A stretch of 64,000 bases of DNA from Candidatus Magasanikbacteria bacterium RIFOXYB2_FULL_38_10 (lineage in GTDB: Bacteria > Patescibacteriota > Patescibacteriia > Magasanikbacterales > UBA10003), in assembly GCA_001783145.1 (NCBI GenBank), contig MFQT01000002.1:24941-88940 (forward strand), written 5' to 3'. The notes under the pieces are model-generated. The model saw only the letters and a program-made list of their open reading frames with translations, searched no databases and was not told where the DNA came from. The translations under genes were made by a program, and so were the position numbers. Below, piece after piece: positions 30,163 to 40,337 of the stretch; the stretch's first letter is position 1, and each line of letters begins with the position of its first letter.

Positions 30163-31356
30163 TTATTTAATCTTTACAAAAAACCTGCTTCCTTTTTGCA
30201 CCATATCGCCGCTCTTTACATCCATTTCAATGGAATCTATTTTTTGATTATTAACTTGCACGCCGCCCTGTTCCACTACCCGCCGCGCTTCGCTTTTGCT
30301 TTTAACAAAACCGGCAGCCACTAAAACTGCTAAGATATTTTTATCAGTCACTTTAATTTCCATCATTTCTTCCGGCACTTCTTTTTTAGTAAAAGTTTTT
30401 ACAAAATGCTCTTGCGCTTCAACAGCCAACTTTTCCCCATAATACATTTTTACAATCTCACCCGCTAAACGCATTTTTAAATCTTTAGGATTAGCACCTG
30501 CTTTCAATTCTTTTTCAATATCTTTAACTTCTAAAACAGGCATTTCCGTGCACATCTCAAATCCGCCCAAAATCATGCCATCGGTCCAACTCATTATTTT
30601 GCCAAACATTTCCTCCGGCGTATCGGATAACGCCACCATATTACCGGTGGTTTTACCCATTTTTACACCGCTGTTATCTGCGAGTAATTTCATTGTTAAA
30701 ACAAACTTTTCTTTATTTTTTAATTCTTTCATTAAATCCCGTCCGGCCAGCATATTAAAAGTTTGGTCATTGCCCCCAATTTCGCCGTCCACGTCCATAG
30801 CTACGGAATCGTAAGCTTGCATTACAGGGTATAAAAATTCATGAAGATAAATAGTTTCATTTTTTTTCAAACGTTCTTGAAACATATCCCTCTCCAGAAG
30901 TCTGGGTACGGTAAAATGCGCAGTTAATTCCAAAATATCAGCAAAATTCATTTTACCAAGCCACTCGTTATTATATTTTATTTCCGCCGCATTTTTTCCT
31001 TCAAAATCTAAAATTGCCGAAGCCTGCTTTTGATAATTCTTACAATTGTTTAAAACTTCTTCACGGGTTAATTTTTTACGCACTGCCGTTTTGTCCGTCG
31101 GATCACCAATCATCCCGGTAAAATCACCAATCAGCATTATTATTTTATGTCCTAAATCTTGAAACTGGCGCAATTTTAATAAAGTAATTCCGTGGCCAAT
31201 ATGTAAAGTGGCGGCAGTTGGATCGTAGCCGGTATAGATTTTTAATTGTTTGCCCGATTGTAGCAAACTTTTTAAAAAATCTTTGGTGGGATATATATTT
31301 TCCACGCCTTTTTTTAAAATCTCTTCAATTTTTTTAGGGTCTGTATCAACTGACAT
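30163..31356 (-). CDS. tyrS: tyrosine--tRNA ligase with C-terminal S4 domain
   Basis: HIGH-like DPTAATLHIGHG; KMSKS-like KMGKTTGN; S4 tail EARRVVEQGGVQVN. The track start at 31395 is TTG; the ATG is at 31356. Confidence 0.85.
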   Translation of the reverse strand: MSVDTDPKKIEEILKKGVENIYPTKDFLKSLLQSGKQLKIYTGYDPTAATLHIGHGITLLKLRQFQDLGHKIIMLIGDFTGMIGDPTDKTAVRKKLTREEVLNNCKNYQKQASAILDFEGKNAAEIKYNNEWLGKMNFADILELTAHFTVPRLLERDMFQERLKKNETIYLHEFLYPVMQAYDSVAMDVDGEIGGNDQTFNMLAGRDLMKELKNKEKFVLTMKLLADNSGVKMGKTTGNMVALSDTPEEMFGKIMSWTDGMILGGFEMCTEMPVLEVKDIEKELKAGANPKDLKMRLAGEIVKMYYGEKLAVEAQEHFVKTFTKKEVPEEMMEIKVTDKNILAVLVAAGFVKSKSEARRVVEQGGVQVNNQKIDSIEMDVKSGDMVQKGSRFFVKIK

Positions 31357-31384
31357 ATATAATTTTATATAAAATATTTTATAA

Positions 31385-32407
31385 TTATCCCACAATCGGC
31401 ACGGTAATTTTAAAGGTAGTGTTCCAACCGCCGTCAGTATCCGGCGACATCACCTCTATATTACCCCCGACTTTTAAAAGACGCTTATCAGCATAAGCCA
31501 AACCCTTGCCCCCTTCTTCTATCCCGCGCAAAGCCTCTTCCTTGGTAGAAAATTTTTCATCAAAAATCCTGCCTTGAATTTCTTTGGGTATGCCTATTCC
31601 GTTGTCAGAAAATTTAAAAACCAAATTTTGTCCGTCTCTTTCAATGATCAATTGCACTCGACTATCTTGCATATTTTTTATATCCGATCTTAAAGCATTG
31701 GATAAACAATTCTGCAAAATATTAAAAATCAAACCGTGAGGAGCTTTAATTTTCAAATTTGTCGCTTCCTCCGCTGTAATATTGTTATAAATTACTTCTG
31801 GTTTGTTATTCAAATATTCAGGACCGCTTTTGTGAAAACCGCCGTCAAAACCACCTAAAAGCCATTCCAAAGTTTTGACCAAACGTCCAATGTCTTTTTC
31901 TTGATCAATATTCCTCACCATTACTTCCGCGGGATTCTCTCCTCTTAAAAATAAATCTTCCATTATTAGACGATAGGCCTCCCAATTCTTTTTTACGGAA
32001 ACCCACCTTTCCAACAAATACTCCAGATCTTGTTCGGTAAATTCTTTCCCTTTCAAATAATCTTCACAAATGTCTTCCAAAATAATCTGTTTGCTCATAT
32101 CTATAACCGCCCTTCTAAAATTTTTAGCATCGTGGGTAAAATAGCCTTTCATTTTTTTAGATAGATGACGGCTCAAATCTCTTGTTTTTAACAAATTATC
32201 TAAGGCTGATTTGATTGAAGAAAAAACTATCTCATTTTCTTGATTGCGACCAACTGTCAAACGATGAATCAAAGACTCAACCTCTACAAAGGCCTTATCA
32301 TATAAATCCAATTCTTTAAAAGGCATTAAATGAATCTCTTTTGCCTCTTTCAAAAAGATATCCGATTTATTTTTTAAAATTATCTCTCCATTATTTTTTT
32401 CAAGCAT
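31385..32407 (-). CDS. cytoplasmic histidine-kinase-like ATPase (HATPase_c) protein
   Basis: N/G1/G2 boxes (NALRSDIKN; FSDNGIGIP; GGKGLAYAD). No TM helices; possible divergent H-box YFTHDAKNFRRAV. Confidence 0.6.
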   Translation of the reverse strand: MLEKNNGEIILKNKSDIFLKEAKEIHLMPFKELDLYDKAFVEVESLIHRLTVGRNQENEIVFSSIKSALDNLLKTRDLSRHLSKKMKGYFTHDAKNFRRAVIDMSKQIILEDICEDYLKGKEFTEQDLEYLLERWVSVKKNWEAYRLIMEDLFLRGENPAEVMVRNIDQEKDIGRLVKTLEWLLGGFDGGFHKSGPEYLNNKPEVIYNNITAEEATNLKIKAPHGLIFNILQNCLSNALRSDIKNMQDSRVQLIIERDGQNLVFKFSDNGIGIPKEIQGRIFDEKFSTKEEALRGIEEGGKGLAYADKRLLKVGGNIEVMSPDTDGGWNTTFKITVPIVG

Positions 32408-32508
32408 ATTTCTAATTCTTGTTTAATTAACGCTCGCCTTGGCAGGTTCGCCAAAATGCTGACAGTGTTGAGCGATTTCATTACGAGTAAGTCTTAGGGG
32501 CATAAAAA

Positions 32509-34638
32509 TTATTCCGGCCAATTTTCAATCATTAAAAATTCCTTTTGTTTAGACGGAGACATTTGATATACAGCTTCTGTGACATACGGAACAAAAGGAT
32601 GTAATAATTTGATACCAATTAACCAAACGCGGAAAAGTGTTTGCTTGGCCGCTTTTTTTTCTTCTTCACTTACCTCGGCAGACAGCCGCGGTTTTATTTC
32701 TTCTAAATATTTATCGCAAAATTCATGCCAAAAAAATTGATAAGCCTCTTCCGCTGCCAAATGAAAATCAAAATCGTCTAAATTTTTCGTCACTTTTTTT
32801 GTCACCTCGGCTAATCTTTCCAAAATTGCTTTGTCTTGTTCATTAACAACATTATTTTTCTCTGCTGGCACAAAATTTTCTCCCAAATTCATCATTACAA
32901 ACCTAGAAGCATTCCAAATTTTATTGGCAAAATTGCGATGCGCACGGATTTTATCTTCGGAAATAACAACATCATTACCAGCGGAAACTCCAAACACCAA
33001 AGCCATACGCAAAGCATCGGCTCCGTAATTTTCTACTACGCCCAAAGGATCAATTACATTGCCCTTAGACTTAGACATTTTTTGTCTGTCTTTGTCACGC
33101 ACAAGTCCGTGCAGATAAACATTTTTAAACGGCACTTTGCCAGTCACATAAATTCCCAGCATTATCATTCTGGCTACCCAAAAAAACAAGATATCCCAAC
33201 CAGTTTCCATTACGGCTGTTGGATAAAACCTTTTAAAATCGCCAGTGGTTTGCAGAGTGGCAAACGGCCACTGACCAGAAGAAAACCAAGTATCAAAAAC
33301 ATCAGTTTCTTGCACCCAGCCCTCCCCTTTCGGCGCTTCTTCACCCGCATAAACTTCTTCACCCTTGTACCACACCGGAATTTGAATCCCCCAAACAATC
33401 TGACGGGAAACATTCCAATCGCGGATATTTTCCAGCCAATGAAAAAATATTTTTTCAAATTTTTCCGTGACAAATTTTACCTCGCCGTTTCTAACCGCCT
33501 CCATGGCTTTTTCTGCCAAAGGTTTCATTTTAATAAACCACTGAGGCAAAACCCTAGGCTCCAAAACATTGCCGCATTTATAGCAGGTGGCCACACTATG
33601 TTTGTAATTAGCATCAATTTTCACCATCAAGCCGGCTTTTTCCAAATCCTGCGCAATCACTTTTCTAGCCTCGGCAATCTTTAAACCATGATATTTTTTA
33701 GCCGCCTCATTATCTGGAAAATGCTTTAACAAATTCAATTTGCCATATTGATCAATCACTTCTATGGGTCCGGGAATTTCATTTTTGTGCCTCTGCCAAA
33801 TTTCATAATCAATTGGATCGTGGGCCGGCGTCACTTTTACCGCGCCCGTGCCAAATGTGGGATCTACGGCTTCATCGGCAATAACTTTTATTTTAGTTTT
33901 GCCAATTAAAGTTTCTATCTCCACCTCTTGGCCAATATATTCTTTATAGCGTTCATCATTAGGATGCACGGCAATAGCCGTATCACCAAACTTAGTTTCC
34001 AACCGCACCGTGGCCAAAGTAATCGGCCCATATTTTATATAATACAAAGGATCTTCTTTTTCTACATGCTTCACTTCCAAATCAGATAAAGTAGTTTGAT
34101 GTTTCACACACCAGTTGATAATTCTTTCTCCGCGATAAGCCAGGCCATCATCGTAAAGCTTTTTAAAAGTTTGATTGACGATTTTGACAATTTCCGGGTC
34201 CAGAGCAAAAGTTTCTTTTGTCCAATCGCAAGACGCACCAAGTCGGCGCAATTGCCCTTCCATTACCGTTTTGTTGGTTTGCGTAAAATCCCAAATTTCT
34301 TTGTATAATTCATCTCTGGGAATAGTAAACCAATTACGACCATCCTTTTCCAATTTTTTTTGATAAACAACTTGCGTTTCAAAACCGGCGTGATCGGCCC
34401 CGGGCAACCATAAAGTCGGTTCGCCTTTCATCCTATGATAGCGCACCATAATATCTTCCAGTGTCACAAAAACCGCGTGACCCACGTGCAAAGAACCATT
34501 GGAATTAGGCGGTGGCATTATAATACAAAACGGCTCGCCCTTGGCCTCTTTAGACGAGGCAAATTTTCCGCTCGCCTCCCATTGTTTATAAATTTCCTTT
34601 TCAAATTCCTCCGGTTTAAAAACTTTTGGCAATTCCAT
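32509..34638 (-). CDS. valS: valine--tRNA ligase (short form, 709 aa)
   Basis: PPPNSNGSLHVGHA HIGH motif, LPGADHAGFETQ, KMSKSKGN. Confidence 0.8.
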   Translation of the reverse strand: MELPKVFKPEEFEKEIYKQWEASGKFASSKEAKGEPFCIIMPPPNSNGSLHVGHAVFVTLEDIMVRYHRMKGEPTLWLPGADHAGFETQVVYQKKLEKDGRNWFTIPRDELYKEIWDFTQTNKTVMEGQLRRLGASCDWTKETFALDPEIVKIVNQTFKKLYDDGLAYRGERIINWCVKHQTTLSDLEVKHVEKEDPLYYIKYGPITLATVRLETKFGDTAIAVHPNDERYKEYIGQEVEIETLIGKTKIKVIADEAVDPTFGTGAVKVTPAHDPIDYEIWQRHKNEIPGPIEVIDQYGKLNLLKHFPDNEAAKKYHGLKIAEARKVIAQDLEKAGLMVKIDANYKHSVATCYKCGNVLEPRVLPQWFIKMKPLAEKAMEAVRNGEVKFVTEKFEKIFFHWLENIRDWNVSRQIVWGIQIPVWYKGEEVYAGEEAPKGEGWVQETDVFDTWFSSGQWPFATLQTTGDFKRFYPTAVMETGWDILFFWVARMIMLGIYVTGKVPFKNVYLHGLVRDKDRQKMSKSKGNVIDPLGVVENYGADALRMALVFGVSAGNDVVISEDKIRAHRNFANKIWNASRFVMMNLGENFVPAEKNNVVNEQDKAILERLAEVTKKVTKNLDDFDFHLAAEEAYQFFWHEFCDKYLEEIKPRLSAEVSEEEKKAAKQTLFRVWLIGIKLLHPFVPYVTEAVYQMSPSKQKEFLMIENWPE

Positions 34639-34785
34639 ACATAATAATTTTATTTGTCTCTTTATTCTAACTTAAAAACCGCTTTAAGGCAAGATCTTGA
34701 CTTACTAAACAATGGCAACTCAACAGGTTGCTTTTTTTAATTAAAAAACCCTTGCTGTTAAGCAAGGGCGTAAAACACTATCCAA

Positions 34786-35238
34786 TTAAATAATGGTTAC
34801 AAAAAAATCAACCAAAACCAACACGAAACAAGTAGACCCTAGCGCGATACTGACGACAAAAGTCTTGCTAATCCACTTAATGGTAGTTTGAGCAAGATTG
34901 GGCTGGCTCTTTTGAAAAAGCGGGGCAATGGTCAAAAACTTGTTCAACTGCCTTGCTTCCCACAAGATATACAAAAACTGGGAAAGAGCCATGGTAAAGG
35001 AAAATAACCCCAGCGGAAAAAGGAAATTGCTTTTAAAAGCCTGACTGAACGGCCCATAAAGACAATAGGTAGAGACGAGCAACAAGGGCAGACCAAAAAC
35101 TAAGCACATTTTCATCAGCACTTCCAGAAAGGCACTTCCCTCCCTGGCGCCAGGTGTCAAAAAAGAAAACAACGCCCAACCAGTACTGGACAGACCCAAT
35201 CCCATCGCCACAAAAAGAGCAATGATTAAACCGTGCAT
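34786..35238 (-). CDS. hypothetical 4-TM membrane protein
   Basis: The track start at 35265 is TTG. The ATG at 35238 is preceded by GAGGAGGGG. Confidence 0.45.
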   Translation of the reverse strand: MHGLIIALFVAMGLGLSSTGWALFSFLTPGAREGSAFLEVLMKMCLVFGLPLLLVSTYCLYGPFSQAFKSNFLFPLGLFSFTMALSQFLYILWEARQLNKFLTIAPLFQKSQPNLAQTTIKWISKTFVVSIALGSTCFVLVLVDFFVTII

Positions 35239-35350
35239 GATCCCCTCCTCACTTTGATTTATCAAAAAACTGTTTTTCTATTAAGGAGCTTAGCAAAATA
35301 ATTGAAAAATGTCAATCTCGCGTCTAGCACACATATTCTAGTACGCCTAT

Positions 35351-35379
35351 TTGACAATCTCTCTTCCTTATTATACTAT
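35351..35379 (+). promoter_or_regulatory. sigma70-type promoter for the DHH phosphoesterase gene
   Basis: TTGACA-N17-TACTAT, about 18 nt upstream of the ATG at 35397. Confidence 0.5.
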
Positions 35380-35396
35380 AACCTATTCTGGTAATT

Positions 35397-36527
35397 ATGG
35401 CTTTAGAAAGGGAAAAACAACTTACGGAAGCGATAAACCGCGCCCGCCAAATTTTGGTGGTTTTTAGACATGACTCTGGCGACGGCCTAGCCACAGCCTT
35501 GGCCTTAGGGCAAATCCTTAAAAAAATGAACAAGCAAACGGAAATAATCAGCCCCAATTTTTCCCCTCCCGCCATCTTCAATTTCCTGCCCGGTTTTAAA
35601 GAAATTCACACTAATCTTTCGCCTCTACAAAAATTCATCATCAAAGTTGATTTATCCAAAAATAAACTGGCTTCTTTAAGTTATGATGTTAAAGATGATA
35701 ATTTATTCGTCTATATCACACCTAAAACAGGATTGATTTCTCACGAAAACATTAAAACCGCTACCACGGATTTAAAATTTGATTTAATCTTTACGGTGGA
35801 TTGTCCGGATTTGCAATCACTGGGGACACTGTATCAAAATAATACCGATCTCTTTTCCAAAGTGCCTATTGTTAACATAGACCATAACCCAGCCAATGAA
35901 AATTTTGGTTCAATAAATCTAATAGATATTTCGGCCATGGCCAGCGCGGAAATTGTTTTTGAATTATTGCAAAAAACCTGGCCGGATTTTATCACTTCGG
36001 AAATTACTACTTTACTTTTAACGGGCTTGATTGTTAAAACCCAAAGTTTTCGCACGCCCAACATTAACGGCCGCACTTTGCACAACGCCAGTCAACTGGT
36101 AAATTTGGGAGCGGACAGAGAAAAAATTGTCACTGAACTTTATCGTCGTCGCACCCTGCCCACTTTAAAATTATGGGGCAAGGCACTAAGTAATTTAAAA
36201 AATGATAATGCCTGCGGCTTGGTTTGGACAGCACTGTCAAAAAATGATTTGCATGAATCCGGCGCCACAGCCCAGGAGTTGCCAGAAGTGGTTGACGAAC
36301 TGATTGCCAACTCTCCCGAGGCCAAAATTATTGTCTTGTTGTATGAAACAGAAATGGGCGTAGAAGGAATTGTGACAGCACAAAATAATTTTGACGCGCT
36401 GATGCTCACAAAAATATTCAATCCCGAAGGCACCAAGCAACGTGCGCGGATAACTATAAAAAATAAAAATTTGTTAACGGCGGAAAAAGAAGTGGTGGAA
36501 AAGATTAAAGAAGCGTTGGGAAAATAA
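35397..36527 (+). CDS. nrnA: DHH-family phosphoesterase (NrnA-like nanoRNase/pAp phosphatase)
   Basis: HDSGDGLATALAL, DCPD and NIDHNPAN motifs; DHHA1-like C-terminus. Confidence 0.7.
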   Translation: MALEREKQLTEAINRARQILVVFRHDSGDGLATALALGQILKKMNKQTEIISPNFSPPAIFNFLPGFKEIHTNLSPLQKFIIKVDLSKNKLASLSYDVKDDNLFVYITPKTGLISHENIKTATTDLKFDLIFTVDCPDLQSLGTLYQNNTDLFSKVPIVNIDHNPANENFGSINLIDISAMASAEIVFELLQKTWPDFITSEITTLLLTGLIVKTQSFRTPNINGRTLHNASQLVNLGADREKIVTELYRRRTLPTLKLWGKALSNLKNDNACGLVWTALSKNDLHESGATAQELPEVVDELIANSPEAKIIVLLYETEMGVEGIVTAQNNFDALMLTKIFNPEGTKQRARITIKNKNLLTAEKEVVEKIKEALGK

Positions 36528-36785
36528 AAATCGTTGACGAAATGTCAAGAGCGATTTTTTTGTTGGCGCAATTTTTTTGTATAAAAAATCCGCCGGTACT
36601 CAAACCAGCGGAGGAAATGACAAAGTTAATTACACGTCGCAGTTAAGCCGGCTTTTTGGGCAATTTTTTGCACCGCCGCCGAACCCAATTCTAAAGCCGC
36701 AAAATACACCGCCGATTCTTTTTCATTTAAACCAAATTGTTCCAAAATTGTTGATTTCATAAGATAGTTTCACTATATCAAAAAT

Positions 36786-37718
36786 CTATTGAACAAGCAT
36801 TTTTTTGGCCTGCAATTCTTTTTTAGAAAGCCATAAAAATACACCCACCACTATAAAAGTTATTACGGGCGAAAACCAACTGGGAATATGCGCTTGCAAA
36901 CTTTCGGCGAGCATTATTGCGCCTAAAACGCCAATGGAATACATAGCGCCATTTTTTAAATAACGATATTTTTTAACAGTTTTAATGCCATGTACGGTAA
37001 AATATCGAACCACCACGGCTCCTAAACCATTACCAAGTAAAATTAAAGGAATGGAAACCGTGAAAGCAAACGCGCCTAGCACTCCATCAATAGAAAAAGT
37101 GGTATCGATCACTTCCAAATATAAAATTTTGCTGATATCCGAAAGATGCCCCGTGGTTAACTCCTTCTCTTTTTCTTCGGCATTCTTTTTAAATCCATTA
37201 GTAATAAAAAAAGCTGTGGAACCGACCACCGCGCCTAAAGCAATAAACGGGTTGATCTTGATGGTCACCCAAACCACGGTTAACAAAATAACAGAAGCGA
37301 CGGCGTAAAACCAAAATGATAAACGGTGATGAATATATTTTTCCAAAAAGAAGGCATATTCCTTTGTTTCCAAAAACAACCAATAAAAAAACAAATAAAC
37401 CAAATACATACCGCCGCCAGCTAAAAGTATAGGGGTCTGTTTTTCAATTATTTTAATTACCGATTGATCAGAACTAAAAGTAGCCCAAAAAGATTGCACC
37501 AAATTTAATCCCGGACTGGAAAAATAAATAATTAAAAGCGGCATGAAGCCGCGCACCAAAAAAACGGCAATGATGATGCCGTAAAACAAAAACCAATGGC
37601 GCGCCCTCTTAGACATGGTGGAAAGAACATCGGCATTCACCACGGCGTTGTCAATACTGGAAATAACCTCAAACAAAGTTAGGCCCAACACTATTAAAAT
37701 GATTTCGGAAAAATTCAT
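36786..37718 (-). CDS. TerC/DUF475-family integral membrane protein
   Basis: Duplicated SIDNAVVNADVL and FSIDGVLGAFAFT motifs. The track ORF (to 37793) overruns a tRNA; the ATG is at 37718. Confidence 0.5.
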   Translation of the reverse strand: MNFSEIILIVLGLTLFEVISSIDNAVVNADVLSTMSKRARHWFLFYGIIIAVFLVRGFMPLLIIYFSSPGLNLVQSFWATFSSDQSVIKIIEKQTPILLAGGGMYLVYLFFYWLFLETKEYAFFLEKYIHHRLSFWFYAVASVILLTVVWVTIKINPFIALGAVVGSTAFFITNGFKKNAEEKEKELTTGHLSDISKILYLEVIDTTFSIDGVLGAFAFTVSIPLILLGNGLGAVVVRYFTVHGIKTVKKYRYLKNGAMYSIGVLGAIMLAESLQAHIPSWFSPVITFIVVGVFLWLSKKELQAKKMLVQ

Positions 37719-37742
37719 AATTAATTTATAGGTAGGTTTTTT

Positions 37743-37818
37743 TGGTGCGCCTGGATGGATTTGAACCATCGACCCTGCGATTATAAGTCGCATGCTCTAA
37801 CCACTGAGCTACAGGCGC
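37743..37818 (-). tRNA. Ile-type tRNA with genomically encoded UAU anticodon (tRNA-Ile2-like), CCA encoded
   Basis: GCGCCTGTAGCTCAGTGGTTAGAGCATGCGACTTATAATCGCAGGGTCGATGGTTCAAATCCATCCAGGCGCACCA. Near-identical scaffold to bacterial ileX (LAU), but position 34 is T, not C. Confidence 0.75.
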
Positions 37819-37822
37819 AAAA

Positions 37823-38482
37823 TTAATGAATTGAACTCAAAACTTTAATTTGCATCAAAATTTTCTCTTTCAATGTTACTCGATTAAACATGATTGTGCA
37901 AGTACCATGGCCAAATCCTCCTTTATGATTAATGCGCTTACTAATATTTTTTTTAATATAAGGCTTAATAAATTGATCTGATGATATTTTAAGATATTCA
38001 GACCAAAAATCAATTTCTTCCTTAATATTCATGTCGGGGTAAAGTTGTAAACCAATCCGTAAATCAGTTCTAGAAATTTTGTGAATATCAGTTAGCCATT
38101 TAATAAAAAATTTTAAAATATTAGGATCCGTATTAGCTAATGCCACTCTAGACCAGTCTTGCTTTGATCCCTCGCCCCAATATAATCCCAAACCTATTAA
38201 AAATAGTTCTCTTTTATTTAAAGGTAATAATAATTCTTTTTCTCTACAAAATATTTCTTCCATTCTCTTTTTTCTTTTTTCAAACATGGTATTTCTGAAT
38301 TTTTCTATTCTATCCAAATTTTTATTTCGCAGCTCATCTATCCTCTTTTTAGACAAAGGGAGAAAATAAAGCCAGGAACTTAAAGTACTTTTAGAAACTT
38401 TAATTTCTCTTTTAATTTGAGAATAACTCAGTCCTTTTTTTCTTAAAGATAAAGCTTTTTCTCTCAATAAAATTTTGGACAT
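37823..38482 (-). CDS. HTH-domain protein with possible LAGLIDADG-like endonuclease core
   Basis: N-terminal LSYSQIKREIKVSKSTLSSW HTH; central FLIGLGLYWGEGSK resembles a single LAGLIDADG motif. Adjacent to a tRNA gene. Confidence 0.3.
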   Translation of the reverse strand: MSKILLREKALSLRKKGLSYSQIKREIKVSKSTLSSWLYFLPLSKKRIDELRNKNLDRIEKFRNTMFEKRKKRMEEIFCREKELLLPLNKRELFLIGLGLYWGEGSKQDWSRVALANTDPNILKFFIKWLTDIHKISRTDLRIGLQLYPDMNIKEEIDFWSEYLKISSDQFIKPYIKKNISKRINHKGGFGHGTCTIMFNRVTLKEKILMQIKVLSSIH

Positions 38483-38708
38483 ACAAAATAGGTTTGTAGG
38501 AATTTATTTCATAAGTACATTATAACATATGTAAATATCTAATATCAAATAAATAGAGATCCCCTATCTGAATGGCCGTGGTCATAAATACGCGATTATG
38601 ATTATTATGATTTGAGTAATTTAATAATTTGTAAAGAAACCGAACACGCCCCATGACTGACCATGTTTTTGGACTTTTGTCAAGATGCTTGCTAAAATAG
38701 CCTTATCT

Positions 38709-40259
38709 ATGTCTATACCCTTAATTATTCAAAAATCCCTCACTCTAGCTCAAAAACAGGAAAAGGGCTTGGTTTTTATTGCGGTTTTATTTAAAAAAAT
38801 ACCTTCGACCGAAATTTTTTTTGTTGGCGGCATTGTGCGCGACTGGCTTTTAAAACGTCCCAGCAAAGATTTTGATTTTGTGATTCGCGGCGTACCGGCC
38901 AAAAAACTGGCGGCTTTTTTAAAGACTCAAGGCACGGTTAATTTGGTGGGCGAACGCTTTGGTGTCTTCAAATTCCAACCTAAAAATTCCTCTTCCACTT
39001 TTGATATTGCTCTCCCCCGCACCGAACATGCCCTGGGCACTGGCGGCTATCGTGATGTAGAAACTCAATCCGATTATAAATTATCACTGGAACAAGATTT
39101 GGCGCGCCGTGATTTTACCATCAACGCCCTGGCTTTGCGGTTAGGAATAAAAAATAAAAAAATTATTGCCGTGGATCTCATTGATGCTTTTGGTGGCCTT
39201 GCCGACTTAAAGAAAAAAATACTCCGCACGGTTGGCCTGCCACAGGAAAGATTTCAAGAAGATTATTCCCGGCTTTTACGAGGCTTGCGTTTTAGCGCCG
39301 CTTTAAATTTTGAATTAGAAGACAAAACCTGGACGGCTTTAAAAAAACAAATCTCCCAGATAAATAAAGAAATCCGCCTCAACGGAGAAATAAAACGTCT
39401 TGTGCCTTACGAAATTGTGGCGCGCGAATTTTTAAAATCCTTAATGAAGAATCCTGTTAAGACAATGGATCTATGGCTTAACTCGGGAGCTTTTAAATAC
39501 TTGATTCCGGAAATCTTAAAAATGAAAGATTGTCCTCAGCCGCCGCAATTTCATGCCGAGGGCGATGTTTGGACCCACACACGAATTGCCCTGGCCACTA
39601 TTCATACCCCGGGTTTTAAAAAATTTATTAAAACCTTGCCGATAAATTTACAGGCAGAAGCCCCAATTACCCCAGAGCTAGTGTTGGGAGTTTTATTTCA
39701 TGATTTAGGCAAGCCTTACACCATCAAGACCCCAGAAAAAGACGGGGTGGATAGAATAAGGACAGATGAACATGACAGCGTGGGTGCGGAGCTAATCAAA
39801 AAAATTGGCCAGCGCCTTAAATTTTCCAGCGTAGAAGACTACCCTTGTGACACAGATAAAGTGGCCTGGATGATTCAACGACATCTTTTAACTGTACATG
39901 GCGATCCAATGAAATTCACTAACCGTACGATTGAAAAAAATTTCTTTAATCCCCTGGTGCCAGGAGCGGATTTATTAAAATTAATTTATTGCGACCAGAT
40001 GGCTTCTTACGTCGGTGGCACGCCACAACTGGGATCACTGCCTGTTTTGGTGAAAAGAATAAAATTACTACTAAAAAATCTTAAACAAAAAAAGACTTTG
40101 CCCCCGCCGCTTTTGGATGGACACGAAATTATGAAAATTTTAAAAATCCAACCTGGGCCGCAAGTTGGAAAGTATTTGGAAGAATTGCGCGAGGCCCAGC
40201 TCTCTAGAAAAATCAAAAACAAAAAAGAAGCACAGAAGTTTCTCACAGTAAAAAAATAA
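38709..40259 (+). CDS. cca: CCA-adding tRNA nucleotidyltransferase with HD domain
   Basis: FFVGGIVRDWLLKRPSKDFDFV (Pol-beta NTase head) and HD motif FHDLGKP. The track ATG at 38685 lies inside a promoter-like TAAAAT; the start is moved to the ATG at 38709. Confidence 0.75.
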   Translation: MSIPLIIQKSLTLAQKQEKGLVFIAVLFKKIPSTEIFFVGGIVRDWLLKRPSKDFDFVIRGVPAKKLAAFLKTQGTVNLVGERFGVFKFQPKNSSSTFDIALPRTEHALGTGGYRDVETQSDYKLSLEQDLARRDFTINALALRLGIKNKKIIAVDLIDAFGGLADLKKKILRTVGLPQERFQEDYSRLLRGLRFSAALNFELEDKTWTALKKQISQINKEIRLNGEIKRLVPYEIVAREFLKSLMKNPVKTMDLWLNSGAFKYLIPEILKMKDCPQPPQFHAEGDVWTHTRIALATIHTPGFKKFIKTLPINLQAEAPITPELVLGVLFHDLGKPYTIKTPEKDGVDRIRTDEHDSVGAELIKKIGQRLKFSSVEDYPCDTDKVAWMIQRHLLTVHGDPMKFTNRTIEKNFFNPLVPGADLLKLIYCDQMASYVGGTPQLGSLPVLVKRIKLLLKNLKQKKTLPPPLLDGHEIMKILKIQPGPQVGKYLEELREAQLSRKIKNKKEAQKFLTVKK

Positions 40260-40337
40260 TTCCTACCTGCGCGCGCTTGCAAAATTAAAAGACCCTTGTT
40301 AAACAGATGTTATTCCGTAAACAAGGGTCTTGCTGTT

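Noticed and set aside
32836-33684. 282-aa plus-strand ORF antisense to valS.
   Set aside because: Antisense to a conserved aaRS gene with a low-complexity Phe/Ile/Asn-rich product. An artefact of AT-rich sequence with few stop codons.
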